From: a virus
Virus record (IMG/VR): IMGVR_UViG_3300046115_000153
Location: 1-64,000 of that record
Length of the DNA: 64,000 nucleotides
Reading direction: 5' to 3' (one strand)
In this document: positions 23,574-32,557 of the stretch, one piece after another
How positions within the stretch are numbered: the stretch's first letter is position 1
Layout of the letters: every line of letters begins with the position of its first letter
The notes under the pieces: generated by a model
Database searches by the model: none
What the model was told of the DNA's origin: nothing
What the model saw: the letters and a program-made list of their open reading frames with translations, nothing else
Position numbers and translations under genes: made by a program

Positions 23574-25243
23574 CGGCTCCTCCTGGTGTCCGTGGTCCTG
23601 GCGTTCGCGAAGTGACGGTCGACGCGGGGTGACGCCCGCCGGACGGTGATCAGGTCGGCGACCTCGGCTTTGGTGGCACCGTCGGGGACGTCGAGGCGCA
23701 TCCGCGCGGCCAGGTCGAGCTGCGCGGGGCTGGGCGGCTGTTTGCCCGACCGCCACGACGCGGTGCGCGACGTGCCGGAGAACCCGCGCGCCGAGGCGCG
23801 GTCGATGGCGAGCGCCCGCTGTTCGCCGAGCGCCATGGCCAGGGCGAGGTCGGGGACGGCGCCGGACCACCGGGGGTTTCCCCGGCCGGGCGGGAATTCG
23901 GCGAGCGCCCACCTTTCGCCGGCCTGGTCGGGGTAGAGGGCGACGTAGCCTTTGCCTGCGGGGGCGAACCAGTGGCCGCCGTCGGTCCGCAGCCAGACGG
24001 CTTTCGACGTCCCGAACAGGTCGACGTCGACCGCTTTCCCGAGTTTTACCCGCGTCACCCGTTCGACGGCTTCGGTGAGCGTCTCCCCGTCTTCGGGGCG
24101 TTCCTTTTCGGCCTTGTCCGGGATCTCGCCGGCCGCGAGGTCGAGGAGGGTGCACAGTTTGTTGTCTGCCGTCGTCCCGACCAGGTCGAGAATCAGCGCG
24201 TCCGTTTTCCCTGGGTACGGCCTCAGTACTCTTCCGCACATTTGGACAAACAAAGGCGCGGACCGTGTCGGCCGTGCCATGACCGCGACCTCGGCGCGCG
24301 GGATGTCGGTTCCCTCGGTCAGGACGGCGCAGTTGCACAGGACGTCGAGGCCGCCGTTTCGGAGCCCTTTTATCGCCGTGTCGCGGGCGTCGGGGTCCAT
24401 CGCGCCCCAGACCGCTTCGGCTTTGAACCCGGCTTCGCGCAGCGCTTGCGCGGCGGCCTGCGCGGTGGCGACGGTGGGGGTGAACACCAGTCCCGGTCGG
24501 CCGGGGGCGTGGGTGGCGTACGCCTGCGCGACGGCGGTCTCGAAGTGGGCTTCGGTGAGCGCGTCGCCGAGCTGACCCGCGGCGTAGTCCCCCGCGCTGA
24601 CGTCCACGTCGTCCAGGTCGAGCCCGATCGGGACGGAGATCCCTTTCGGGTTGACGAGGTACCCGTCGGCGACCATCTCGAGTACGGACCGTTCGTAGGC
24701 GACTTCCTGCCAGACGGACCCGAGCCCGACTTTGTCGCCTCGAGCGAGGGTGGCGGTGACGCCGAGGGTGCGCGTTCCGCCTTCGCGGAAGCATCCGAAG
24801 TATTCGAGGATTCCGAGGTAGGTCGGGCTGACGGAGTGGTGCGCCTCGTCTACGACTACTTGCGCGAAGGCGTCGCGCGGCCATTTCTCTATGCGCCGCC
24901 GCGACGCGAGCGTCTGTACGCTCGCTACGACCGCCTGACATTCCGGCCCGGCGTTCCGGGTCGCCATCTCGACACCTACGACGACGTCCGGGTCGATGGC
25001 CGCGATCTTCCCGGCGGCTTGGTCGACGAGTTCTTTTCGGTGTGCGAGGACGAGGGTCCGTCCGGGCTCTTCGGAAACCATGTGCGCGAAGCAGACCGTC
25101 TTGCCTCCGCCAGTCGCCATGATCATGGCGACGCGGTTCGTGCCCCTTTCCCACGCGGCCCGGACCGCGTCGACCGCCTCGCGCTGGTAGGGCCGCAGCG
25201 GCAATCCGGGAGTGCTGTTCCGGCTCTCCAGAAGAGTCGTCAC
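23570..25243 (-). CDS. SF2 DEAD/DEAH-box DNA helicase (557 aa)
   Basis: GTGA-coupled inner start of ORF 23570..25300. Motifs ATGGGKT, VVDEAHH and TATLARGD. Confidence 0.8.
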   Translation of the reverse strand: MTTLLESRNSTPGLPLRPYQREAVDAVRAAWERGTNRVAMIMATGGGKTVCFAHMVSEEPGRTLVLAHRKELVDQAAGKIAAIDPDVVVGVEMATRNAGPECQAVVASVQTLASRRRIEKWPRDAFAQVVVDEAHHSVSPTYLGILEYFGCFREGGTRTLGVTATLARGDKVGLGSVWQEVAYERSVLEMVADGYLVNPKGISVPIGLDLDDVDVSAGDYAAGQLGDALTEAHFETAVAQAYATHAPGRPGLVFTPTVATAQAAAQALREAGFKAEAVWGAMDPDARDTAIKGLRNGGLDVLCNCAVLTEGTDIPRAEVAVMARPTRSAPLFVQMCGRVLRPYPGKTDALILDLVGTTADNKLCTLLDLAAGEIPDKAEKERPEDGETLTEAVERVTRVKLGKAVDVDLFGTSKAVWLRTDGGHWFAPAGKGYVALYPDQAGERWALAEFPPGRGNPRWSGAVPDLALAMALGEQRALAIDRASARGFSGTSRTASWRSGKQPPSPAQLDLAARMRLDVPDGATKAEVADLITVRRASPRVDRHFANARTTDTRRSR

Positions 25244-25764
25244 GGGCGCGCCGGAGCGGGCGCGGGCGACGACTTCGACTTCACGCGGCGTGCCGCGCAC
25301 CGTTCCCCGCCCGCGACGCGCTCGGCCTTCACGAACCGTCCGACCGCCGCGTCCCAGACGTACCGCCGCACGACCTTGCCGAGCGCTTCGGCCCGGTCGG
25401 CGGTCCAGCCTGACCCGTACGTCTTCGAGTCGGGGCGGTAGACCCTCAGCAGGTGCGTGCGGTCCTGGGCGATCAGCTTGTCGCGGGCTTTGAACCCGTC
25501 GGGCTCCCAGCGCCTGTTCTTCGGCAGGTGTTCGACGAACTTCCTGTTTTCGACGGTCCAGCCGAACGTGGCGGCCCGCGAACGGGCCACGGTGTCGACC
25601 CCTTCGGCGCCGCCGGAGACGACGTACCCTTCGTCGGTTTCGATCTCACGCCGGAATTGGGTGCAGGCTAGGTGGACCAGCGTGGAGGCGCAGGCTTCCG
25701 CGAGTTCGCCGGGGAGCGACGTCGACCCGACGACGGCCAGCCGTACCGGCACCACCGCGTTCAC
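25240..25764 (-). CDS. SLOG/DUF2493-like protein (174 aa)
   Basis: GTGA-coupled start, C-terminal part of ORF 25240..26400. VVGSTSL...VVSGGAEGVDTVA pattern. Confidence 0.55.
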   Translation of the reverse strand: MNAVVPVRLAVVGSTSLPGELAEACASTLVHLACTQFRREIETDEGYVVSGGAEGVDTVARSRAATFGWTVENRKFVEHLPKNRRWEPDGFKARDKLIAQDRTHLLRVYRPDSKTYGSGWTADRAEALGKVVRRYVWDAAVGRFVKAERVAGGERCAARRVKSKSSPAPAPARP

Positions 25765-26003
25765 GGCGCCTCCGCCCGTTCGGCCAGCACCACGTCGTAG
25801 CCCGCCCACCGGGCCAGTGCCACCAGAGCGTCGACTTCGACGTGCCGGCCGTCGAGCAGCCGGTTGACGGTGGTGTTCGCGATTCCCGTCTCGCGGGCGA
25901 CGGCCCGTAGGGACATTCCCCGCGTTCGCGCCCGCCGTTCGACCGCGCGGGCGACCTCCGCGGCGAGCAGGTCGGCGTCCGGGTCGCGGCGGTGCGCGCT
26001 CAC
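25761..26003 (-). CDS. XRE-type HTH protein (80 aa)
   Basis: GTGA-coupled at both ends. MSLRAVARETGIANTTVNRLLDG. Confidence 0.6.
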   Translation of the reverse strand: MSAHRRDPDADLLAAEVARAVERRARTRGMSLRAVARETGIANTTVNRLLDGRHVEVDALVALARWAGYDVVLAERAEAP

Positions 26004-27742
26004 CGGTCGGCCGCCAGTGCGGCGAGGACCCGTTCGGCGACCAGCCGTGCGGCCGGGGGGGTGACGGCGTTCCCGGCCATGCGGACCCTGTCGCGCTTGG
26101 TCCCTCGCATGAGGTACGTGTCGGGGAAGGCCATGGCCGCGAGGATCTCGGCGGGTTCGAGCATCCGGAACGTGCACCCGTCGACTTCGGTGTCGGGCAC
26201 GTCGCCGGGGGCCCGGGTGACCAGCGCGTGCCGGTCCTTGGTGGTGACTGTGCTCGCCGGGTACCGGACGTGCCGGGCCACGCCGTTGCCGTAGTAGGGC
26301 ACGAGCACGGAGTCGGGGACCGTGACGAGCGACTGGTGGCCCGTGGTTGTGACGACGCGGGTTGGCTGGTCGAACGGGGTGCACGTTCTTGCGACGTCAC
26401 CGCGCCCGCCGCTGTTGTTGTTCCGTATCACGAACCCGCTCGGGACGACGAGCCCCTGGTGGTTGCCGTTGGCCGAGACGGTGGTCAGCGGGTCGGCGGT
26501 CGACGTGGCACGGACGTTCTGCCTCAGTACCGCGAGGAACGCCTCGGGGACGACGACCGAGTTTTCGAGCCGCGTCGTCCGCGTCCGCACAGGTTCGGAC
26601 GCCGGCCGGGCGCGCGACCCGTCCCGCGCTTCGACCGGTACGACCGTCGGCGGGCAGACGATCCCGTCGGTCTCGCGGGTGGTGCGTACCCGCATGGGGA
26701 CGTCGACTGGCCGCGGTCCGTCGTTCCACGTCCCGCCGGCCGGGACGAGCATCGGCGGCGTGACGAAGGCGTCGGACGCGGTCGTGGTCCGGACCGGCAC
26801 GGGCCGGTTCGGGGGCCGTACCCGAGAGTCGGGTATCCGTTCGAAGGTGTTGCCTCCGACGGGGACGCCGACGGGCCGCCCGTACCGGGCCAGCCCCGCT
26901 CGGATGCGTTCCCGTGTCGCCGCCGCCAGCGGCCGGTTCCGGTCGCCGATCAGTCCGCCGAGGTCAGTCCAGTTGATCGCGGTGGCGGCGGGCAGTGCGA
27001 AGGGTTCGACTTCGCCCCGGCAGGCCGGGCAGTGGTAGGTGTACTGCGCCCGGTACCGGCCCCAGTGCTGCTCGAAGGGCCGCTTCCACGACTGGACGGC
27101 GTCGACTCGCGCTTCGCAGGTCGGGCACCATCCGGGTGGCCTGACGTCGAGGTCGGGGGCGGTGGCGCCTTTTCGCCAGAAGACGACGTAGATCCGGTCG
27201 CGGTACTGGGGCGCGCCGAGCCAGCCGTAGTTCTTGCCGTGCGCGAACGCGCTGTTGAGGTAGACGACGTGGTGGTCGTAGCCGGCGGCGTCCATGGCCG
27301 CCAGCCACGCCGGCCAGTACATCCACCGGACGGCGTCGACCACGTTTTCGACGATGACGGCCCGGTAAGGCCTGCCGCGCATCAGCATGGCCTCGACGAA
27401 GCGCGGGACGTCCCACATGGTCGCTCGTGACCGTTCGGCGGACGGGTCGGGGCCGTCTTCGCCGAAGATGTCCGCCTGCCCGGTGGCTCTACGCACGCCT
27501 TTGGCTACAGAATGGTTGGTACATTCCGGGCTCGCCCAGAGGACGTCGGTGGTCGGGTAGTGGCGCGGGTCGGTCCGCGAGATGTCGGCGCAGGAGTGTT
27601 CGGTCTCCGGGTGGTTCAGGCCGTGGACTTCGACGGCGAGCTTGTTGTGGTTGCTGGCGTGGATCACGTACATCCCTGCCTGCTGCATGCCCTTGGTCGA
27701 CCCGCCGCAGCCGCAGAAGAGGTCGAGGACGGTGGCGCTCAC
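26000..27742 (-). CDS. DNA (cytosine-5)-methyltransferase with Zn-ribbon insert and expanded TRD (580 aa)
   Basis: Track ORF. Motif I DLFCGCGG, motif IV SPECTNHS, ENV, motif X GNAVTPP. CPTC...CPAC insert. Six P-x-T-x-T...LV repeats. Confidence 0.9.
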   Translation of the reverse strand: MSATVLDLFCGCGGSTKGMQQAGMYVIHASNHNKLAVEVHGLNHPETEHSCADISRTDPRHYPTTDVLWASPECTNHSVAKGVRRATGQADIFGEDGPDPSAERSRATMWDVPRFVEAMLMRGRPYRAVIVENVVDAVRWMYWPAWLAAMDAAGYDHHVVYLNSAFAHGKNYGWLGAPQYRDRIYVVFWRKGATAPDLDVRPPGWCPTCEARVDAVQSWKRPFEQHWGRYRAQYTYHCPACRGEVEPFALPAATAINWTDLGGLIGDRNRPLAAATRERIRAGLARYGRPVGVPVGGNTFERIPDSRVRPPNRPVPVRTTTASDAFVTPPMLVPAGGTWNDGPRPVDVPMRVRTTRETDGIVCPPTVVPVEARDGSRARPASEPVRTRTTRLENSVVVPEAFLAVLRQNVRATSTADPLTTVSANGNHQGLVVPSGFVIRNNNSGGRGDVARTCTPFDQPTRVVTTTGHQSLVTVPDSVLVPYYGNGVARHVRYPASTVTTKDRHALVTRAPGDVPDTEVDGCTFRMLEPAEILAAMAFPDTYLMRGTKRDRVRMAGNAVTPPAARLVAERVLAALAADR

Positions 27743-27990
27743 GGCATTGCCACCCGGAACACGACGTAGGCGGCCAGTTCTCCGTCTCGCAGCGCCGCCG
27801 CGACCACAGGTTCGTCCCGCTCGTCGGCGCAGTCGAACAGCCAGTCGGTGGAGTCCCCGGCGGCGAGCGGCACGACGGCGTGCAGCCGGTCGTCGGGTAC
27901 GCCGACGGCGGCCCGGAACTCGTGGTCGTACCGGTTGCGCCGGCAGAACTCGAGGGAGACGGCGAAGCGTTCGCGTTCGGTGTCGTTCAC
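27739..27990 (-). CDS. hypothetical protein (83 aa)
   Basis: Track ORF. ATGA-coupled at both ends. Confidence 0.6.
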   Translation of the reverse strand: MNDTERERFAVSLEFCRRNRYDHEFRAAVGVPDDRLHAVVPLAAGDSTDWLFDCADERDEPVVAAALRDGELAAYVVFRVAMP

Positions 27991-28784
27991 AGTGCCACCT
28001 CGCTGTGGTGGTCGGTGAACAGGTCGCCTTGGGACAGTCGGCGTGCGATGACGGCGCAGTACGTTTCGTCGGCTTCGATCCCGACGGCGCGCCTGCCCAG
28101 CTGGCGTGCCACGGCGAGCGTGCTGCCGCTGCCGGCCGTCGGGTCGAGCACGGTTCCGCCGGGCGGGCAGGAGTAGGCGAGAAGTGGCCGCAAGATCTCG
28201 AAGGGCTTTTCGGTGGGGTGCAGGGCGACGCCGCGCAGGTTGTTAGCCCGAATCACCGAGCGGACGAGGCGGGTGCCGTCGTCGACCCACGCACCCCGGC
28301 CGATGGAACCCGTGTGAGTACGAGCGCCTCCGGACCTGACCGTGGACCCCCGATGGTGCTCGGCCGCTTCGCGCTGGGGATCGAACCGAAGCTCTCCCCA
28401 TGACCCCTGGTACCAGTGCGTGATCAGTTCGTGTACTCGCTTAAATCGGTCGGCGGCGAAGTTCGTCCCGGCGTTCTTCTCCCAGACCGTCGTGTCGACC
28501 GTCCATTCGCCGACGACGTCTTGGGCGAGTTTCCAGCCGGCGAACTCGTCGCGGCGGTCCAAGAACATGCGCATGCTGCCGAAGCACCACATCTGCCGGG
28601 TGCGCTCGGCGACGACAGCGGGCCAGCCGTCGGGCCACCGGTCCCATTCGAGGGAGGTCTCCTGGTAGGGAGGGTCGACGATCGCGACGTCGGCGGTCAG
28701 GTCCAGTTCGGGCAGGACTGCCCGGCAGTCGCCTAGGTACAGGTCGACCCCGCCGTCCGAGTAGTACGGCTTGACGGCGCTCAC
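27987..28784 (-). CDS. N6-adenine / N4-cytosine DNA methyltransferase (265 aa)
   Basis: Track ORF. Motifs DPPY, HPTEKP and VLDPTAGSGST. Confidence 0.85.
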   Translation of the reverse strand: MSAVKPYYSDGGVDLYLGDCRAVLPELDLTADVAIVDPPYQETSLEWDRWPDGWPAVVAERTRQMWCFGSMRMFLDRRDEFAGWKLAQDVVGEWTVDTTVWEKNAGTNFAADRFKRVHELITHWYQGSWGELRFDPQREAAEHHRGSTVRSGGARTHTGSIGRGAWVDDGTRLVRSVIRANNLRGVALHPTEKPFEILRPLLAYSCPPGGTVLDPTAGSGSTLAVARQLGRRAVGIEADETYCAVIARRLSQGDLFTDHHSEVAL

Positions 28785-30151
28785 AAAGCCTCCTCTGGCA
28801 TTTGCCGGATGCGCAGGTCTTCGGGGATGTCGGCCAACCGCTCGCCTTTACCTGCCACCCCTATTGCCTTGGCGAGCGGGGTTCCGAGCTGTTTGAAAAA
28901 GTAGGGAACGCCGGCCGCGGCGCACTGGTCTCGAAGGTCGCGCGCCCATCGCAGGTCCATCGGCCGGGCGTTGCGGCCGGACTCCCCGCCGCAAACCAGC
29001 CAGTCGATGCCGACTTGGTCGTCGCAGTCGTATTCGACGCCTGTGCCGTAGTCGGTGCGGGTCGCGAACCCGGTGCGCACGACTGCCGGTCCGGGCCGTT
29101 CGACGTCGCCGAGCAGGTCGACCGGGCCGAGGAGCGGCTCTGCTGAGATCCAGCGGCCGGCGGCCGGGGTGCCGAGCAGGGCGGGGATGCGCAGGTCGGC
29201 GGCCTTCTGGTTTTCGACGCTGACACCGAGATGCACGCAGTCCAGTACGGCACGCGCGCCCGGCTGAGGTTTCGACCTAACGGGCAAGGACCAGTGTTTT
29301 CCGGTGACAACATTCTGAATCTGCGTGTCCGACACCGGGTAGTCCCGGGCGATCCGGTAGGCCGACTCGCCGGCCCGGGATCTTTCGCGGATCGCGACTA
29401 CGTCGGCTTCGTTCAGCTTCGTACAGGACTGACCTGTGCCGTGGCGGATTCGATCTGCCAGGTTCTCCTGTCGATTGCTCCATTGGAGATTTGAGAGTCT
29501 ATTGTCGGTCGGGTGTCCGTTGAGGTGCCGTACTTCCTCTTGCTGCGCGGCTGGGCGCACGAAAGCTGCAAGGACGAGCCGATGCACCAAGAGGGCTTCT
29601 CCCGACCTTGGTGATCCCTTGCGGTGCAGGCGGATGCGGCAGTGTCCGTGTTCGCCTCGCTCCTGCTTCATCCCGCCGAGAGTGTCGTTTCGCTTCCCGA
29701 GGATTTCGCCGCGCGTGGTGACGCTGTAGCCAGGGAATCCGGGGACCGGGCGGACGTCGTACGGTTCGGGGATCTCGCCGGAATACCAGCGGGTTACCCA
29801 TGACCGCATCCTTCCATGGCGCTTCGTGAGGATTTGATAGTCGTGCTTGGGCGCCATCCCCATGACCTGCCAGACCTTGGCGATGAACTCGTCGGGCACG
29901 TCTTTGTGGAACAGGTCGCTCATCGAATTGACGAAGATGCGGCGCGGTTTCTTCCATCGAAACGGCAGGTCAAGTCGGTCGGGTCGGAGGGTGACGTCGA
30001 AGCCGTTTTCGAAGTAGTGGCCTGCCACGCCCCGGAACCTTTCGGAGAAGGTTCGGGCGTAGCAGTTCAGGCACCCGTCGGAAACGTCTTCGCAGCCGGT
30101 CACCGTGTTCCACGTGGAGGTCGTCCAGCTGATGGACGTGACCGCGCTCAT
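28781..30151 (-). CDS. phage Gp37/Gp68 (DUF5131) family protein carrying an in-frame NUMOD4/HNH endonuclease insertion (456 aa)
   Basis: ATGA-coupled inner start of ORF 28781..31240. N-terminal ISWTTSTWNTVTGCEDVSDGCLNCYA and C-terminal SAEPLLGP...DWLVCGGESG..ARP...FFKQLG. Middle 175 aa has PGFPGY...HRLV...RHLNGHPTDNRLSNLQW. Confidence 0.75.
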   Translation of the reverse strand: MSAVTSISWTTSTWNTVTGCEDVSDGCLNCYARTFSERFRGVAGHYFENGFDVTLRPDRLDLPFRWKKPRRIFVNSMSDLFHKDVPDEFIAKVWQVMGMAPKHDYQILTKRHGRMRSWVTRWYSGEIPEPYDVRPVPGFPGYSVTTRGEILGKRNDTLGGMKQERGEHGHCRIRLHRKGSPRSGEALLVHRLVLAAFVRPAAQQEEVRHLNGHPTDNRLSNLQWSNRQENLADRIRHGTGQSCTKLNEADVVAIRERSRAGESAYRIARDYPVSDTQIQNVVTGKHWSLPVRSKPQPGARAVLDCVHLGVSVENQKAADLRIPALLGTPAAGRWISAEPLLGPVDLLGDVERPGPAVVRTGFATRTDYGTGVEYDCDDQVGIDWLVCGGESGRNARPMDLRWARDLRDQCAAAGVPYFFKQLGTPLAKAIGVAGKGERLADIPEDLRIRQMPEEAL

Positions 30152-31284
30152 CCGTTCAACCTGATCGGCATGAGCATGTGGGTGTAGCTGCCCTGGTCGT
30201 CGCCGACGACCAGATGGGGTTTGCCGGGTTCGACGAAGCGGATGCGGGCGATGTCGCCACTGGTGGCGGTCAGGGCGTCTCGCAGGTAGTGCGGGTTGTA
30301 GGCCAACGTGACCGTGTCCAGCCCGTCCAGCTGGCAGGAGGCTTGGATTTCGATCTGCCCGGCGCCGTTCGGGTCTTTCGCCCGAACGGTCAGCACGTCG
30401 GCGGCTGCTGCCAGCATCACCGGGGCGGTTTTCCCGGTGACCGGTTTCACCCGGTCCAACGTGTCGAGCAGCACCGCGCGGTCGACGGTGAGGGTGACGG
30501 CCAGCTGGTTGTCGGCGGGTAGCAGCCGCCGGTAGGGCGGGAATTTGGCGTCGATCAGACGGGTGGTGGCGTGCCGGTCTTCCCAGGCGAGCCCGGCCAG
30601 TCCCGCACCGTGCGCACCGGTGCCCACGTGCAGGGTGACGGCACCGCTGGCGCTGTCGGCGAGGTCGCGCAGCGTTTCGGCGGGCAGAACCGCCGAGATC
30701 ACGCTGTCGGCGCCGTCTGCGAGCTGGCAGTCCCAGTCGACGTCGGCGGCGGCCAGCCGGTAGCGGTCGGTGCAGGCGATGCGTAGCGGCAGGCCGGCGG
30801 TGGCTTCCACCTGCACTCCGGTGAGCGCGGGCAGGGTGTCGTCTTTCCCGGCGGCGACGGTGACCCGTCTGACGGCGGTGCGCAGCCTGTCCGCGTCGAC
30901 CGTGCCGAGCGCGGCGGGCAGGGCGGGCAGGGTCGGGTAGTCGTCGCAGTCCAGGGTGGGCAGCCGGGCGGTGAGCCCGTCGGAGGTGACGACGACGAAC
31001 GAGCCGTCGGAGACCAGTTCGACCTGTTCGCCGGGCAGTCGTTCGGCGACCTGGGCGAGCAGCCGGCCTCCGACGAGCAGCCGCCCGCCGGCGTGGACGG
31101 TGGCGACCACGGCGACGTGCCGGGCCGCCTCGTAGTCGAACGCGTCGACCGTGAGCCGCCCGTCGTCCGCGGTGAGCAGCAGCCCGCCGAGCACCTGCAT
31201 CTGGGTGGTGGGTCGGCTTGGGAGGGTGCGGGCGGCCCATCCGACGGCGTCGCGGAATTCGGCTGCGCCCAGGGTGGTTTTCAC
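30148..31284 (-). CDS. dnaN: DNA polymerase III beta sliding clamp (378 aa)
   Basis: GTGA-coupled inner start of ORF 30148..31386. Three-domain clamp pattern ...ACTDRYRLA...ATTRLIDAKFPPY...YNPHYL...MLMPIRL. Confidence 0.85.
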   Translation of the reverse strand: MKTTLGAAEFRDAVGWAARTLPSRPTTQMQVLGGLLLTADDGRLTVDAFDYEAARHVAVVATVHAGGRLLVGGRLLAQVAERLPGEQVELVSDGSFVVVTSDGLTARLPTLDCDDYPTLPALPAALGTVDADRLRTAVRRVTVAAGKDDTLPALTGVQVEATAGLPLRIACTDRYRLAAADVDWDCQLADGADSVISAVLPAETLRDLADSASGAVTLHVGTGAHGAGLAGLAWEDRHATTRLIDAKFPPYRRLLPADNQLAVTLTVDRAVLLDTLDRVKPVTGKTAPVMLAAAADVLTVRAKDPNGAGQIEIQASCQLDGLDTVTLAYNPHYLRDALTATSGDIARIRFVEPGKPHLVVGDDQGSYTHMLMPIRLNG

Positions 31285-31568
31285 AGCGGGTCCCCCTGAA
31301 GTCGGGCGGTGCGGGCGGGAAGGTTCTGGCGTCGGAAGGCGGCGAGCTCGGCCGGGCCGTCGGGCAGCGGTCCGACGTCGATCCACGCGAGGACGTCGCC
31401 GGGCGAGATCCGCACGGGGTCGCAGGCGTAGCGCTCGACCGTCCAGCCGTCCGGGTGTTCCGCGACGACGGAGACGGTCATGACGGCGCCGGGCACGTCG
31501 AGCCGTGCGGCGGCTGTCGCGGACAGGTGGGCGACGACGAGGTGCCCGACGGGCAGGACGGCGCTCAT
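31281..31568 (-). CDS. hypothetical protein (95 aa)
   Basis: ATGA/GTGA coupled. C-terminal part of ORF 31281..32081. Confidence 0.6.
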   Translation of the reverse strand: MSAVLPVGHLVVAHLSATAAARLDVPGAVMTVSVVAEHPDGWTVERYACDPVRISPGDVLAWIDVGPLPDGPAELAAFRRQNLPARTARLQGDPL

Positions 31569-32557
31569 CGTCCTGCCGCCTTGGCTTCGGTGGCCTTTTC
31601 TGCCACGGCCGTGCGGATTTTCGAGGCCTTCTCGTCGCTTTGGACCGGCTCGACCGCGGTCCCGTCCGTCGTCGGCTCGCCGGCCGGGTAGCCGTAGTTG
31701 GCGAGAACGTGTTCGCGGGTCCGTTCGACGTCGATCCGCTTGCCGATCCTCTGCGCGTGCGAGACGTGGTCGGCGAGCGTGTGTTCGGCCGCTGTCAGGC
31801 AGATCTCGCTGACGACCGTCGCGGGCAATGCGCACGGGCCGTTCGTGGGCGCGATCGCGTCCGCCAGGGCGTACAGCTGCCTGAGCCCGCCTTGCGCCAG
31901 AAGCTTCTTGACGGTGACCGGGAGCCGGGTCAGGCGTCGGACGTAGGCGGCGAGTTGTTCTTTGCCGCGCTCGACTCGACGGACCTCGGATTCGAGGCGT
32001 TCGGTGGCCTCTCGGAACTCGGCGACCGCGGTGTCGAGGTCGCGCCGTCCCTGCCGGCTCGGGAGCGGGGCGAACCGCCACGTCCAGCCCATGACCGCGC
32101 CCGCGTTGACAGCCACGTCGATCCAGTCGTCACGAGACTTCTCGGCTTCGCGCATCCGCCGGTAGGCCGCGTCTTCGCGGCGTCCGGCGGCGGTCATCTC
32201 CTGTTCGAGCTGCCGGCACCGGTCGGCGAGCGCCACGTCGTCGGGCCAGCCGGCCCGCATCTGAGCGTCGGCGAGTTCGGGGTCGCTGGACTTCCACCAG
32301 TCGGGCACGAGGTCGGTGGCGACGCCCCGGCGGACCAGTTCGGCGCACACGCGGCTCAGGTGGGCGAGTTCGCGGCGCACGGTCCGGTCGGCGTCGACCT
32401 GGGCGGCGCCAGCCTGCCCCCGGTAGCGGTGGACGTCCCGTTCGGCCTTCTCGCGCAGTTTCTCGCACTGGTCGCGGGCGGCTTCGAGCTGGGAGACTCG
32501 CGCCGTCAGGCGCGAGATCTCCTTCTCTTCGTCGGTGCGGTGGTCGTAGACGCTCAT
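31565..32557 (-). CDS. coiled-coil hypothetical protein (330 aa)
   Basis: Track ORF. Charged heptad-like regions. Confidence 0.65.
   Translation of the reverse strand: MSVYDHRTDEEKEISRLTARVSQLEAARDQCEKLREKAERDVHRYRGQAGAAQVDADRTVRRELAHLSRVCAELVRRGVATDLVPDWWKSSDPELADAQMRAGWPDDVALADRCRQLEQEMTAAGRREDAAYRRMREAEKSRDDWIDVAVNAGAVMGWTWRFAPLPSRQGRRDLDTAVAEFREATERLESEVRRVERGKEQLAAYVRRLTRLPVTVKKLLAQGGLRQLYALADAIAPTNGPCALPATVVSEICLTAAEHTLADHVSHAQRIGKRIDVERTREHVLANYGYPAGEPTTDGTAVEPVQSDEKASKIRTAVAEKATEAKAAGR

Noticed and set aside
29252-29779. An intein in the Gp37/Gp68 gene.
   Set aside because: There is no Cys/Ser/Thr at the N-terminal junction, no terminal His-Asn followed by a nucleophile, and no Hint-block motifs. 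The insert is NUMOD4/HNH_3-like, as in free-standing homing endonucleases.
28781-31240. An 819-aa ORF that appears to fuse the Gp37/Gp68 gene to a long N-terminal extension. The same applies to the long N-terminal extensions of ORFs 21486..25154, 42603..44447, 50848..52260 and 57063..62468.
   Set aside because: The extensions are Arg-rich read-through across the upstream gene in another frame. The true starts are the ATGA/GTGA-coupled inner codons listed in the features.
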